A stretch of DNA of 64,000 nt from Paraspadella gotoi (GCA_051294375.1 JBJCIZ010000239.1:5240532-5304531), one strand, 5' to 3'. Shown: positions 28,834 through 42,345, counted from the stretch's first letter. Numbers and translations are program-made. The notes: generated by a model from the letters alone, not told the origin.

Positions 28834-30002
28834 AATTGATTGGATTGAATCTGATTGATTGATTGATTAGTTAATTTTAATCGAATGATTGGTTTATGAC
28901 TATAGCTCAATCGATCTATAATTGATTTGATCGATTGGGTTTATCGCTTGATGACAATATATCTTGATTGATTTATTGAATAATCAATGGATCTTATTTC
29001 ATTAGACTGTGGAATGATAGCAATCTCAGTTAAGTTGAATTTCTCAACGATTGATTTCATTCAATCATTGATTGATCAACTATGGATGTAATCTTTGAAA
29101 AATTTATTAATTGATTTGAAAGAATTTGGTCACTAAATTAATTGACCGATTGATAGTTAGTAGATAATTCTTATGATTAATCGATTGATGATTGATTTAC
29201 TCATTTTTTTGATTGATTTATTTGAATACGATGTTTCGACCACGATGAGGCTTAGATCCTCAAGCAGAATCCACGACCGCTCGCTTCTCCCACGACCTCA
29301 GGCCGACACTCTAACGGAATCTCGTCCCGTACTTGTCCTTCTTTCTCGATCAACCAGAAGAGCACGAGATGGCGCATGGCGCCGCCCCGAGGGAATGGTG
29401 ACCGTCCGGGACCGACCGATCATGTCAGGTTTGCCTAGTAGGGGGAGGAGAGACGAGAGAGATGGAGAGGAGAAAAGAGAGAGAGAGAAGAGAGAGGACG
29501 AGAGAAGACGATGAGGAGAGAGAGGAGAAAGAATGGAAAATTAAGTTGGATTTTAAATTTATTTATTAAAAATTTTAATAAACTTAAGGAGATAAGTGGA
29601 TAGTATATTGATTAGGCCGAAAAATATAAATGGAAAGCAGATTAGAAAAAGTTGAGACAATGATAAATGAATACACTTGATTGAAACATAAAAATGATAA
29701 TTAATGACTTTAAAGAATTGATTAAATAATTGCGAATTATTAGACATAACAGTTTTTTACATATGTTTTCGGCGCAATTTTATGTTTTCATCATTTTCTC
29801 TCGTTTTTTGTTGGCAATTTTTGTTTCCTTCAAAACATACTAGCGACGCTATACATATTGATTGGGGGGGGTTAGAAAAATATCATAACCATGGTGCATA
29901 ATTCAATGGACATCTACTCTTTCTTCGTGGTCTCGTATACTGAGCCTTCTCTCTCTCTCTCTCCTCTCTTCTCTCTCTCTCTCTCTCTCTCTTCTTCGTC
30001 TC

Positions 30003-30038
<36 letters not shown>

Positions 30039-30926
30039 AAAACGCGGAAGATAGAGGAGAGAGCGCGTCATTAAAACAGTTATTATGTCTCCGTCTCTCG
30101 CCTAACGAGTCTCAGCATGCTTAATTTCGTCGGGCGCCACTTTTTTCAGAGAGTCGGGAGTTGGGATCGAAAAGGGAGAGAGAGGGGGGATTTAGGGTAG
30201 AACGGGGGTGTTCAAGGAGGGTGGGTAAGGGAGAGAGCGCAGTTAGATTGAGAGGTGAGCTAGTCTGAAACCCGGTAATTTGAATGTGTTGCGACAGGCC
30301 AGTGATGACTTTATGTTTCGTGATCACGCGATGACATGAATTAGAAAATCTATGTCGATCACTTGAACTGGCAAAACAACCAAAAAATGTAAGAAAATTA
30401 TGTCGCATTTATTTCAGGGACCGCTACGATCTTGTTCGAATTTTGTAACGCAGCTACAAACGGAAGTTCATTCAAAAACGAGGCAGTCTTAAAATGAGAA
30501 ACGCAAATCGTTTGACTTTTGATAAATAATTCGCACGAGAACAACGAGTCTATTTAAACCTTCAAAAATAAATTTAAAAAGTGAAAATGCTTTTTTAATA
30601 TTAATTTGCGCCGGTCACCTTCTATAATACTTCTCATTTCTCTATTTCTTCTTCTTCATTCAACGCCCATCTACCAAATCGCATCGTAATTACTTCGCCG
30701 TTGACAAAAATAAAACACAAAAAACACAGATAAAGCACACCAAAGATGAAATTCTTTTTTTTTCGGCCGCAAGAATTTTCAGCGCGTCAACAGGTACGAT
30801 CGCGATCACCCCCCCCCCTGCCCCCCCTTCCGCCTCAGCACGCCCCTTCAATTCCTCTGACGACGATTGTCGACTCGGATCACTTGACGACGCCTCCAAA
30901 TCGACCACAATCAAGTGTCGAGGTCT

Positions 30927-31006
<80 letters not shown>

Positions 31007-31497
31007 TTTCTTGTCTATCTTCCTTTCTCTTTTCTTTATTCTTCTTAAATTCCTATTATACATATTGCAGAAAATAAACTATTAGGATATAACGAAATAG
31101 TATTGTATAAGCGCAAAAAAATCGAAGATATTGGCGCTAAATTTACTAGCTTTTACTTACCCAAAAGTTAAATTAAAACAAAAGCCAAAAACTTGAATTC
31201 TTAATTTTTTTCATATCTACTATGAGAGAAGAATTAATTTTAAGCTATTTTCCAAGTGCCCATAATTTTCGTCGTAGACTACGTTTCTATCCTGTCACCT
31301 TTGCAGACAGTGTATATAAAGCATCTTCTATAAGAGCTCATTTAATTGTTAATATTGTCATACTGTATCATATAAATCTACTTCGTTCTATTTAGTATAT
31401 ACAACATCATTGAATCCATTGATAGAAATTGTTACATTTTTGTTAACTTCAATGATTAAATTCACGGTCTCTTTCTACACTTGTATGGTCTCTCTCT
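25597..31497 (-). repeat. Left arm of ~5.9 kb inverted duplication (indel-rich reverse-complement copy of 32860-38725, containing five KIF26 exons)
   Basis: Collinear reverse-complement matches across exons and introns, e.g. 29360-29434 vs 35031-35110, 28495-28720 vs 35750-35947, 25597-25650 vs 38670-38725; exon copies are frameshifted. Confidence 0.95.
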
Positions 31498-31834
31498 CCC
31501 CTCTCCCACCCCCCTCCCCCCACCCACCAACCACCTCCCCAACACCCCTCCCAACCGCAACAACACCACCCCCCCCCCCCCCATACACAAACCCCCCCCC
31601 CCCCCCGCCAAACAACCAAGAGACAAGACCCACCAACCCACCCACCACACCGCACCGACCAAACACCAAACAACACAAACATACCCCCCCCGCATCCATC
31701 CCTCTGCCCCTCTCTCTCGTGCTCTACATCTACTCTCTCCTCATCTCTCGTCTCTCCATCTCTCTCCTCCTCTCTTCTCTCTTTTCTACTGTAGCAAAAT
31801 CAATCAGATNNNNNNNNNNNNNNNNNNNNNNNNN

Positions 31835-31866
<32 letters not shown>

Positions 31867-32794
31867 TTTCAAATAAATATGATTGAAATCCGTTTAATTT
31901 AATAGTCAAATGCTCAATAGTCCATAGAGGCCAGATAGCTTATTTATCAAACGGTTTGTACCAAATCCATAAGAATCAAAATCTTACGCATCACCTGGAA
32001 TATTTTTTATTTTAACTTTCTTTTTTTTTCAAAGCCGTCTCAGTCTGTTTGTCAATGCATCCATCGGGAATCATCTACAATGAAAGAGCGGTTGTCGGTT
32101 TCAATATGAGCGTTCTAGACCACAAACTATAAAGATAACAACAACAACAACGACAACAACGAGTGATTTGAGGTTAGAATCTCTAAGTTGTTTAAAAATC
32201 GTAAACCTGATTAGTTTCGCGATTAAGAAAATCTTGAAAAAAATTTTATTACATTTAAACTTGAGTCATTCTTGAAAGGGATGAGAGAAAAAAAAATTTG
32301 CATCTTCAATCTCTCTCTCNNNNNNNNNNNNNNNNNNNNNNNNNNNNNNNNNNNNNNNNNNNNNNNNNNNNNNNNNNNNNNNNNNNNNNNNNNNNNNNNN
32401 NNNNNNNNNNNNNNNNNNNNNNNNNNNNNNNNNNNNNNNNNNNNNNNNNNNNNNNNNNNNNNNNNNNNNNNNNNNNNNNNNNNNNNNNNNNNNNNNNNNN
32501 NNNNNNNNNNNNNNNNNNNNNNNNNNNNNNNNNNNNNNNNNNNNNNNAAAGTCAAGACGCGCTTCGCCGTAGATCTTCATAAAAGCAGATGGCGCCTCAG
32601 ACGCTGCCGCCGCCGCCGCCGCCGCAGCCGCCGTCCCGACGGACCCGCGCGCATTTCTCCGTCCGCCTCATTGACGTAAACGACGGACGGCGGACGGCGC
32701 CATCGTACTGACGGTAGGGAGCGCCACCCATCGGCTCATTGACTTTAATGGAAACAATAAAACTTGAGGAAATAATCGCGCGACGCGACCTTTT

Positions 32795-32870
<76 letters not shown>

Positions 32871-33397
32871 CAAGTAGTAGAAGAGACAGATGAACATTTA
32901 ATCATTTGAAGATTACATAAAAATGTAAGCAATTTCTATCAATGGGATTCATGATTGTTGTAAATAACTAATTAGAACGAAGTAGATTTATATGAAAAAC
33001 AGTATTGACAATATTAACAAATATAAATGAGCTCTTATACGGAAGAGCTTCTCAAATACAACTGTCTGAAAAGGTGACAAGGTGACGTGACGTAAGTCTA
33101 ACGAAAATGAAATTTTAGGCTTGAAATAGAGAAGTTTAAAATTGATTCTTTCAAATAAAAGGATATAAGAAAAAAAATTAAGAATATCAAAGTTTTTGGC
33201 GTTTTGTTTTAATTTAAACATTTTTTGGGGTAAGTAAATGAGCTAAGTACAAATTTAGCGCCAATATCTTCGATTTTTTTGGCTTTATGACAATACTATT
33301 TCCGTTATATCCTAATAATTTATTTTACTGCAATATGTAAATAGGAATTTTAAGAAAGAGATAAAGAAAAGAGAAAGGAAGATAGACAGAAAAAGAA

Positions 33398-33436
<39 letters not shown>

Positions 33437-34929
33437 CGAGGAGAGGAGAGAGATCCTCGGACACTTGAGTGTCGATTTGGAGGCTGGTCGTCAAACATCC
33501 CGAGATCGGACAACGTCCGTCCAAGGTCGAAGGGGCGTTGCCTGAGCAGGAAGGGAGGCAGGGGCGGGCGGGGATGATTCGGCGATCGTAATGTTGACGC
33601 GCGGGAAATTCGTTTGCGGCCGAAAAAAAAAAAAGAATTTTCATTTTTGTGTGTGTTTTGTGTTTTGTGTTTTATTTTTAACGGCGAAATAATTACGGAT
33701 GCGATTTGGTAGATGGCGTTGAATGAAGAGAAAGAAATAGAGAGAATGAAGAAGTAAATTATAGAAGGTGACTCGGCGCAAATTATATTAAAAAAAGCAA
33801 TTTTCACTTTTTAAAATTTTTTTTGAAAGGTTAAAAGACTCGTGTTCTCGTGCGTATTTATCAAAAAGGTCAGAACGATTTGCGTTTCTCATTTTAGACT
33901 GCCTCGTTTTTGAATGAACGTTCCGTTTGTACGCTGGGCGTTTACAAAATTCGAACCAAGATCCGTAGCGGTCCTGAAATAAATGCGACATAATTTTTCT
34001 TACATTATTTGGTTGTTTTGCCGTTCAAGTGATCGACCATAGATTTTTCTCATTCATGTCATCGCGTGATCACCCGAAAATAAAGTCACACTGCGTCGCA
34101 ACACATTCAAAATTACCGGTTTCAGACTAGCTCACCTCTCATCCTTAACTGCGCTCTTCTCCCTTACCCCACCCCCTCCTTGAACCAACCCCCGTTCTAC
34201 CCCTAAATCCCCCTCTCTCTCCCTTTTCGACCCCAACTCCCGACATCTCTGAAAAAAGTGGCGCCCGAGCGAAAATATAAAGCAAATGCGAGACTCGTTA
34301 GGCGAGGAGACGGAGACATAATAAAAACTGTTTATGACGCGCTCTCTCTCTATCCTCCGCGTTTTTGAGAGAGAGAGAGAGAGAGAGAGAGANNNNNNNN
34401 NNNNNNNNNNNNNNNNNNNNNNNNNNNNNNNNNNNNNNNNNNNNNNNNNNNNNNNNNNNNNNNNNNNNNNNNNNNNNNNNNNNNNNNNNNNNNNNNNNNN
34501 NNNNNNNNNNNNNNNNNNNNNNNNNNNNNNNNNNNNNNNNNNNNNNNNNGAGATTCCATTGAATATGCACGTGCTTATTTTTTTTTCTATTCAATATGTA
34601 CTTAGCGTCACTAGTATGTTTTGAAGGAAACAAAAAAATTGCCAACAAAAAACGAGAGAAAAATATGAAAACATAAAATGCGCCGAAACATTGTAAAAAC
34701 TGTTATTTCAATAATTCAATTAATATTAATCAAATTTCTTTAAAGTCATTTATTATCATTTTTAATGTTTCAATCAAAGTGTATTCATTTATACATCTGT
34801 CAACTTTTCTAATCTGCTATTCCATTTATTATTTTTTCGGGCTAATCAATATACTATCCTTATTCCTTAAGTTTATTAAAAATTTTTATATAAATAAATT
34901 TAAAAATCCAACTTATCTTTCCATTTTTC

Positions 34930-35012
<83 letters not shown>

Positions 35013-35030
35013 CCTCCCTCCCCCTACTAG

Positions 35031-35228
35031 GCAAAACCCTGACCATGATCGGTCGTCCCGACGGTCACCATTCCCTCGGGGCGGCGCCATGCGCCATCTC
35101 GTGGCTCTTCTGGTTGATCGAGGAAGAAAGGAACAAGACGGGAGCGAGATTCTCCGTTAGAGTGTCGGCGGTGGAGGTCGTGGGGAAGAAGGAGCGGGTC
35201 GTGGATTTGCTTGAGGATCAAGCCTCAC
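35031..35228 (+). CDS. KIF26: KIF26-family motor domain exon
   Basis: tactag|...|gtgagt; [66 protein letters not shown]; PCAISWLF and [15 protein letters not shown] are characteristic of KIF26. Confidence 0.93.
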
Positions 35229-35244
35229 GTGAGTCGAGAACATC

Positions 35245-35581
35245 GATCAATCAATCAATCAAAAAATGAGTAAATCAATCAATCAATCGATTAATCAATA
35301 AAGAATTAATCTACTAACTAATCAATCGGTCAATTAATTAGTGACCAAATCTTTCAAATCAATTAATAAAATTTTCAAAGATTAATCAATTGAATCAATC
35401 AATGATTGAATGAATCAATCGTTTGAGAAATTATTTAACTAATTGCTTCTTCAATCTAATGAATAAATCATTTGATTATTCAATAAATCAATCAAATAAT
35501 TGTCACTCAAGCGATCACCCAATCGATCAATCAATTAATAGATCGATTACTATATCAACCAATCATTCGATTAAATTAACT

Positions 35582-35616
<35 letters not shown>

Positions 35617-35617
35617 T

Positions 35618-35706
<89 letters not shown>

Positions 35707-35715
35707 ATCAATCAA
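35245..35715 (+). repeat. (TCAA)n-rich intron
   Basis: Near-perfect run at ~35582-35715; related tracts at 55250-55440, 57310-57490 (TTGG/TTGA) and 58370-58530. Confidence 0.9.
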
Positions 35716-35749
35716 ATCCTATAAACTCCTTTCCTTCGTTCTCTTCAAG

Positions 35750-35947
35750 TTCCAGAAAACGGGGGACAATCTCCGGCGTTTCTACTTGACGGAGGCGGAG
35801 ATTCGCGTCTCGGCGCCGGACCGTCGTCGTCGTCGTCGTCGCCGCCGGCGTCGGAGTTGCGGGCGACGACGCCGGAACGAGCGGCGTTCTTTCTCGACGC
35901 CGCCTTGGCCAAGAGAACTTGTAACAATCGGGGTCAGGGCGATGAAG
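35750..35947 (+). CDS. KIF26: KIF26-family motor domain exon
   Basis: Acceptor aag (exon start 35750) or in-frame cag 6 nt downstream; donor g|gtgagt; encodes ...GGQSPAFLL...SELRATTPERAAFFLDAALAKR..., like KIF26 SELRAPTAEKAAFFLDAA; phases 1/1 consistent. Confidence 0.88.
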
Positions 35948-36358
35948 GTGAGTGAGTGACTTTATTTATTAATTAATTAATCTGTTCATTTTGGTATTAT
36001 TTTTACTCTTTGAGAAATTTAATATATATGTCCGTGGCATTGAATATTACTTTTTGTAGTTTAAATTTAACTTTAATTCACTAAATTCAGGTCAATGTCT
36101 TTTCGGAGCTGCCCGTTGCTATTTTGTTCCATTTATTTAAAAGATACAAAGTTAAAATATGTGCTGCGCCCTCGCGTTTGAATAAAGGGTTTGGAAAAGG
36201 AAGGAGAAAAACAAAAGACACTGGATATGATCATTATAACCCGCAAGATTAATTGTACTTCTCGATTTAATAAAAACTTTAAACTTTAAACTTTAAAAAA
36301 AATTTAATTCCTGACAGGCCCAATGAAGCTTTTTTTTTTTTAATTATAATTTCTCCAG

Positions 36359-36439
36359 ACGAGGACCTCAAATTCTCTCACCTTTTGTTTACTCTTCACG
36401 TCTACCAATACCGAGTGGAAAAGGACGCCAAAGGCGGAG
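36359..36439 (+). CDS. KIF26: KIF26-family motor domain exon (switch I region)
   Basis: ctccag|...|gtgagc; DEDLKFSHLLFTLHVYQYRVEKDAKGG, like KIF26 NSHVFFTLHIYQYRMEK; absent from ORF track, read by hand. Confidence 0.9.
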
Positions 36440-37359
36440 GTGAGCAAAAACTATCAAAATAAAAAAAAGAGCATCGAGTAAATCTAATTAAAAATCGTAA
36501 TCAGCGGGAAGAGAATACGGTTAGATTTTACTTAAAATTTAAGTAAAGAACAATACTTTAAAATTATAAATATGTAAATTAATAAAAAAATACATTTTTT
36601 TAAAATAGACAATTCGTTAAAATTACATTTCTTAATAAAACAAATTACAAAAAAACTTCATTTTTTGACTATCTAAATTATCCAAAAAGACTACATTTTT
36701 AAAATATACAAATTATTAAAGGAACATTTAAATATAAAACTGTTTTTGAAAAAAACATTTAGGGATGAAAAATTACATTTTTTATATATTTAAATTTAAA
36801 TATATTTAAATAAAAAAGTAATCCAGGGCGCAGAAAAAAAATTAGTCCAAGGATGCGGCGAAAAAAAATTCGGCCAGGACGCGAGAAAAAGTAGGTGAGA
36901 GAAAAAGACGGGGTCAGGGAATTGTTTAATTGTTTTTTTGGGTCTCTAGGCCAAGGTTATTTTCTTGTTTTTGTTTTAAAGTGGGTAACGAGCACAGGAC
37001 TCAAAGCGGGGTTTTTCGTGGTTAAGGGGTTCGAGCGACGTCATGGGCGCCACTCTAACTAAGGTCGGGTAAGTCTGACTGAAATCTAGGTAAGTAAAGA
37101 CGGGGGAAAATGGTGGGAAAGGAAAATATAATGTAAGCGGCTAAATCGGCGGTAAAAAAAATGGTAACAGAGACTAAACGGGAGAGGGACGGTGAGAGAG
37201 AAAGAGAGGAAAAAGCGTGAATGAAAAACCTAAACCCTGGACTCGAGCCTGGATCTCCGGGAGGAGGGAGAGGAGGATGAGGAGAAATGATGAGGAAACG
37301 GTGCATGTTGGCGAAACCTATCGGTTCTTTCTGTAATGGACATTTTCTTTTCCCTCAAG

Positions 37360-37461
37360 TGGTCGGCGGTCGGAGTCGCCTTCATCTCATCGATTTCGGT
37401 CCTTTGCCCAAATCCAAAGATGTCTTCTCCAACTGCGACGCGAGGGGAGGAAGACAAGCAG
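37360..37461 (+). CDS. KIF26: KIF26-family motor domain exon (switch II region)
   Basis: ctcaag|; VVGGRSRLHLIDFGPLPKSKDVFSNCDARGGRQA; GGRSRLHLID is a KIF26 signature; donor cag|gtcttt is weak but phase-compatible with the next exon. Confidence 0.85.
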
Positions 37462-37499
37462 GTCTTTCTTGTAGGGACACAGATGGAAGGGATCAGATG

Positions 37500-37820
37500 G
37501 GACAGATAAAGAGAATGTAAAACTGAAATGGAAACAGATAGAGGAACGGATGGGGAACCTTAGGAAAACTGATGGAGTAACGAATTGGAAACAGATGGGA
37601 AAAACAGACGGGAAACCTTAGAGAAACAGGATTAGAAACAGATGGGAAAAACAGACGGGGAACCTTAGAGAAACAGGATTAGAAACAGATGGGAAAAACA
37701 GACGGGGAACCTTAGAGTAGCAGGATTAGAAACAAGATGGGAAAAACAGATGGGGAACATTATGAAACAGATTAGAAACAGATGGAAAAAACAGATGGGA
37801 AAAACAGATGGGGAAACATA
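37500..37820 (+). repeat. Intronic minisatellite, ~45-bp unit (ccttagagaaacaggattagaaacagatgggaaaaacagacgggga)
   Basis: Several tandem copies; inverted noisy copy at ~26570-26860. Confidence 0.85.
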
Positions 37821-38114
37821 CGTATAGGGAGACAATCTGTCAAATAAATGGGGCATCAGATAGGGAGAAAAGCTGTATAATTAAAAGAAGACAGATGAAG
37901 AAACCGTTTGGGAAACAGATGGAGAAAAAGGTATGGTACGACAACCTGGAAAACAAATGGGAACGGATAGATACAAAAACATAACGGGGAACTGACGATA
38001 CGCACAAATGACAGTAAAATGTTTACAGTAAAAATCAATTTTAGAAAACTCTAAATTACATTATTACGATAATTACGATCCCATTACCCATTTCACACCC
38101 CTACTCGAAAACAG

Positions 38115-38271
38115 ACGGACCGACTGGTTCCCCGATCTCCTCGCCGACGCTGGACACCGCCGCCGCTTCAGCCGCCGCCGCCGCCGCTGCGGGCGCCACT
38201 TCGCTTTCCATGTCTTCTCTGTGCAACGTCGTCCTGGCGCTGCTCAATGGACAGAAGCATCTGCCGCATCG
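38115..38271 (+). CDS. KIF26: KIF26-family motor domain exon (L11/alpha4/L12)
   Basis: aaacag|...|gtgagt; DGPTGSPISSPTLDTAAASAAAAAAAGATSLSMSSLCNVVLALLNGQKHLPH(R), like KIF26 [22 protein letters not shown]. Confidence 0.88.
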
Positions 38272-38778
38272 GTGAGTTTAGAATTATACTTTCGATGTTG
38301 TTTTTGTTTTTTTTGTTTTGTAATTTGTTTTTGTTTGGTTTGGTTTTGGTTCGTAAGTTTGTTTTGTTTTGTTTATGCTTTAGTTTCTTGTTCTGTTTTG
38401 GTTTTTTTTTTTGTTTTTATGGTTTAATAATATATCTATTTATTTTTTAGTCTCAACTTGAGAGTAAAAGAGTATGTATGTTTATTTTTAAATACGTATA
38501 TATATATATTATTTATATTCGTTAGCGTCGGCGTAGCTGTTGTACTTCCAGCCGTCGATGTAGTCGCTGGAGTCAGTGATGAATTGGGCTTCTACTACAT
38601 CAGCCCAATAGTGATGAATTGGGCTTCTACTACATCAGCCCAATAGTTATGGTCGTTAAAAAAAAAGTACGGAACGGTTTTCAATTTAATGCTTGGCTTG
38701 AAAATAGATCAATCAAAATAAAATGTGTGATTGATTAATTTTTTTCTTTTTTTTTTCCCCGATGAACGATATCGATAG

Positions 38779-38921
<143 letters not shown>

Positions 38922-39201
38922 GTTTTCGCTCAAAATTATGACGGAGATGACGACTTCGATGATTCAGATTTAAAAATTGTTTGGTATTTTATATATACAA
39001 TATATACAATATTGTTGACCCGATCGTCTTTCATTATTAATATTTATTTATTTATTTACTATCACGAAACTAACATGAAGTTTTTTTTTTTATTCCTGCT
39101 TTTTTTCAGAAAAAAATATGAAAAAAAAAAGTTCATCAATAGAAAAAAATATTGCAGCTGCAAGTTGGAAAATTTCCTCTGTGTGAGAGGGGAGAGAAAG
39201 A

Positions 39202-39287
<86 letters not shown>

Positions 39288-39862
39288 GGAAATACCATTT
39301 GGTTTTAGAGTAAGTTTAAAATTTTCTTGATCCTATTTCCAAATTGGAATAAAAAATTTCTTCTCATGCTTTTCTTTTTTTTTCTTCTCCATAAATAAAA
39401 ATTAGGTAGAAAGATGCATAAAAAAACTCATATTAAATTGTTATAGATGTGATTAATAAAAAACAAATTCGCGGTGTTTGAGCAGCAAACTAAAATATAG
39501 CTTCACTATTTAAAATTTGACATTTTTTTAAAACCTTCTTCTAAAAAGATACAAAAACATTTTTGAGGGGAAAATCAGGTATTTTGTTTTCCGTAATTTA
39601 ATCTAAAATACTTAAAAAATGTAATTGTAAAAAAAGTAAATATAAAACTCTGTCAAATCTGCCTTTCATATGTTGTCCCGCTCAAAAAAATCTAAACAAC
39701 AAGTTTTTCTTACTTTTGCATTCAACCATCGTGACACCAAGCAACTTCCAACGCCCACATTTTTGAGACCAAATTTGGGCGAACATTTTTCAAGAGCGAC
39801 AAATTCTTTTGTCGTTTTTATTGCGACCAGAATCAACTTTGATTTCCCCCCGGAACTCTGCG

Positions 39863-39970
<108 letters not shown>

Positions 39971-41028
39971 AGAATAAGTGATTTTACTTCGTCCCTTCCA
40001 TCTTTCTTTTACCCACGTTTTCATTTTTCTCAATCTTATCTCCTCTTGCCTCCAGCGGGCGCCAGAGCGTCAGGTGCCTTTTGTTTATTTTCGCTTTAAT
40101 TATCCGGTTTACGACCTTTTCCGCCAGGATTCTTAGAGGCGCTGGTTTAGCAGATAGGAAGGAATGAGAGAAAGAAAAAAAAAAGACCAACAGATTTTAG
40201 TGTTTTTCGATTGGAAGAATACAGAAATTATTAAGCGAATGAATGATTCTCATATTGGTTGAGATGACAGAGAAACATTTAAAAAAAAGAAAGAGACAAC
40301 TATATGAGAGAAAAAGAAAGAGGAAATAGGACAGAAATAGTACAGAGATGGAAGACAGAAAGAGAGAAAAACGTGAAGGACCAAAAGAGAGGAAAAGATA
40401 TCGAGACTGAAGAACAGGACAGAAAGACAGAGAAAAGAAAGAAGGGCACAAGGAGCTCTTAAGAGGAAGACGGAAAGAGCGACCTGAAAACAGAAAGATA
40501 AAAAGACAAGAAGAGAGAAAAACACATGGACAGAAACATCAAGAAAAGCGAATAGGACCAAATATCTTTAGAGAGGAAGAAAGAAGGACAGAAGGAACGA
40601 GAGTGATGAAAACAGAAAGATAAAAAAAAATAGGAAGAGAGAGAAGAAAACAATGGGACAGAAGGACCAAAAAAAGGAAAAAAAGGACTAAAGAAAATGA
40701 GAGGAAAACAGAAACACAGAAAGATCGAGAGTAAGGAAAACAGAAGGACAAAAAGACCGAGATTGAGTAAAACAGAAGGACGAAAAGATAGAAAGACGAA
40801 AAGACAGCGACTGAACGGGTTTCGCAATTTGAAACTAATCTTTCAATTGAATCTTAAAGACGCTTCGGCTTAGAAGGAAGAGGAGGAGGAGGAGGAGGAG
40901 GAGGAGGAGGAGGAGGAAAGAGAGGGAGGAAAGGAGGAGAAGAGAGAAATCCCTCCCTGGAGAAACATCGATTTTTCCCCCGCATTTTATATCCAGTTTA
41001 CTTTTCTTTCAAGACCAATTTCGCTTTC

Positions 41029-41069
<41 letters not shown>

Positions 41070-42195
41070 TCTCATTATATATCTTCTCTCATCATATATA
41101 TATATATATATGCTTACGCCTGGTAATTCTCGAAGGCCGTTTCGCCCAAATTTCATTAGCATGAGGCAGAGAAAATCGGTTACCGCCCCCGGGATCAGTT
41201 AAATAGCACTGTTTTCCAAAAGTTTCCCATTTCTGTTCCTAATACGTAAACTAAACTAAATCTAATCGTTAACCTAAATCTAATCCTTATCCCTAATAAA
41301 TAATCATATTTTGAATCAAATCACTAACCCATTCCCTCAACCTAATCCCTAGCCTTTTTTGTATCCCTAACCCCTAACCAGGCTAACCTAATAAATAAAC
41401 CTCAAAACTAAATTTAAACTGAAATGGGGCGCTTTGAGAAAACGTCGCCAGTTAAATATCGTTAGCGTCGGAATCTGATAATGGAAAACACAAGTTATAA
41501 CGATTTTCTTTAATTCTTAAAACTTAAAAAAAAAAGTATTGGTCTTCCGAAAACAGTTTTTATATTTAATTCGTTATTGAAGTTAATGAATACAACGATT
41601 GCAACAAATACCAATGCAATTATAACAATGATAAATCATCAAGTAAAAGTTGTGTAAAAAATTGACTTTCGAACGACATAGATGCGTAACCAGAAATTAT
41701 TATTTCTTTAAAGTTTAAGTTAAAATATCAAATAAAAAAATAACATGAATGACAGCTTTTTTTAAATTATCATTTTTAAAAAAATAATTTAAATTTGTCT
41801 ATGAATGGTAATAAGATGAAATTGTCTTGTTTTGTTATTTCAACCTTCCACGAAAATTATCGATTTTTTAAACAATTCACAACCTCGGGCTTGGTTACAA
41901 TAACGGAAACCGATTTAAAAAAAAAAAAGAAAATATAAAAAATGTAAGACAGTTTAGTCGATAATTGGGAGAACGAGTTTAAAGGTTTTGGAAAAAAGTT
42001 ATCTACTATTTTTAACTTTGGTATAATATAGTTTTTTTTTAAAATTAAAAATGAAAATGCTGTAAAAAAAAAAACGACTGGGAACTCGGGAGTCGATAAT
42101 TTGCAAACGACGTCGTCGTCTTTGTCTTCGTCTTTGTCGTCGTCATCGTCGTCGTCCTCGTCCCTTCGTCGCATCCGCATCGTCGTCGTCCTCTT

Positions 42196-42226
<31 letters not shown>

Positions 42227-42345
42227 CCACATCTTTGGCGTAATGATTCCTACTTCTCAAACGAGTCACAACGTCAGGCACCCAAAACTGTCCGATCACA
42301 CACACACAAATCCCCCCAGAAAACCCTTTCACCGCGTCACCGCTC

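Larger units (their letters stand above)
32860..38725 (+). repeat. Right arm of the inverted duplication (carries the intact KIF26 exons)
   Basis: Reverse complement of 25597-31497; the spacer 31498-32859 holds a C/A low-complexity stretch and two N gaps. Confidence 0.95.

Noticed and set aside
25597-31497. Second functional KIF26 paralogue on -
   Set aside because: Introns match as well as exons, and the exon copies are frameshifted; a duplicate or artefact, not an independent gene.
31498-31690. Pro-rich ORF or G-quadruplex element
   Set aside because: C/A low-complexity stretch at a fold-back junction beside a gap; likely low-quality sequence.
37232-37262. tRNA T-arm-like fragment on - (ggagatccaggctcgagtccagg)
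   Set aside because: Only a B-box-like piece with no cloverleaf; insufficient to call a tRNA or SINE.
41255-41410. CCTAACC-rich stretch resembling interstitial telomere
   Set aside because: Too degenerate, no regular TTAGGG/TTAGG array; similar patches at ~53520 suggest ordinary repeat-derived low complexity.
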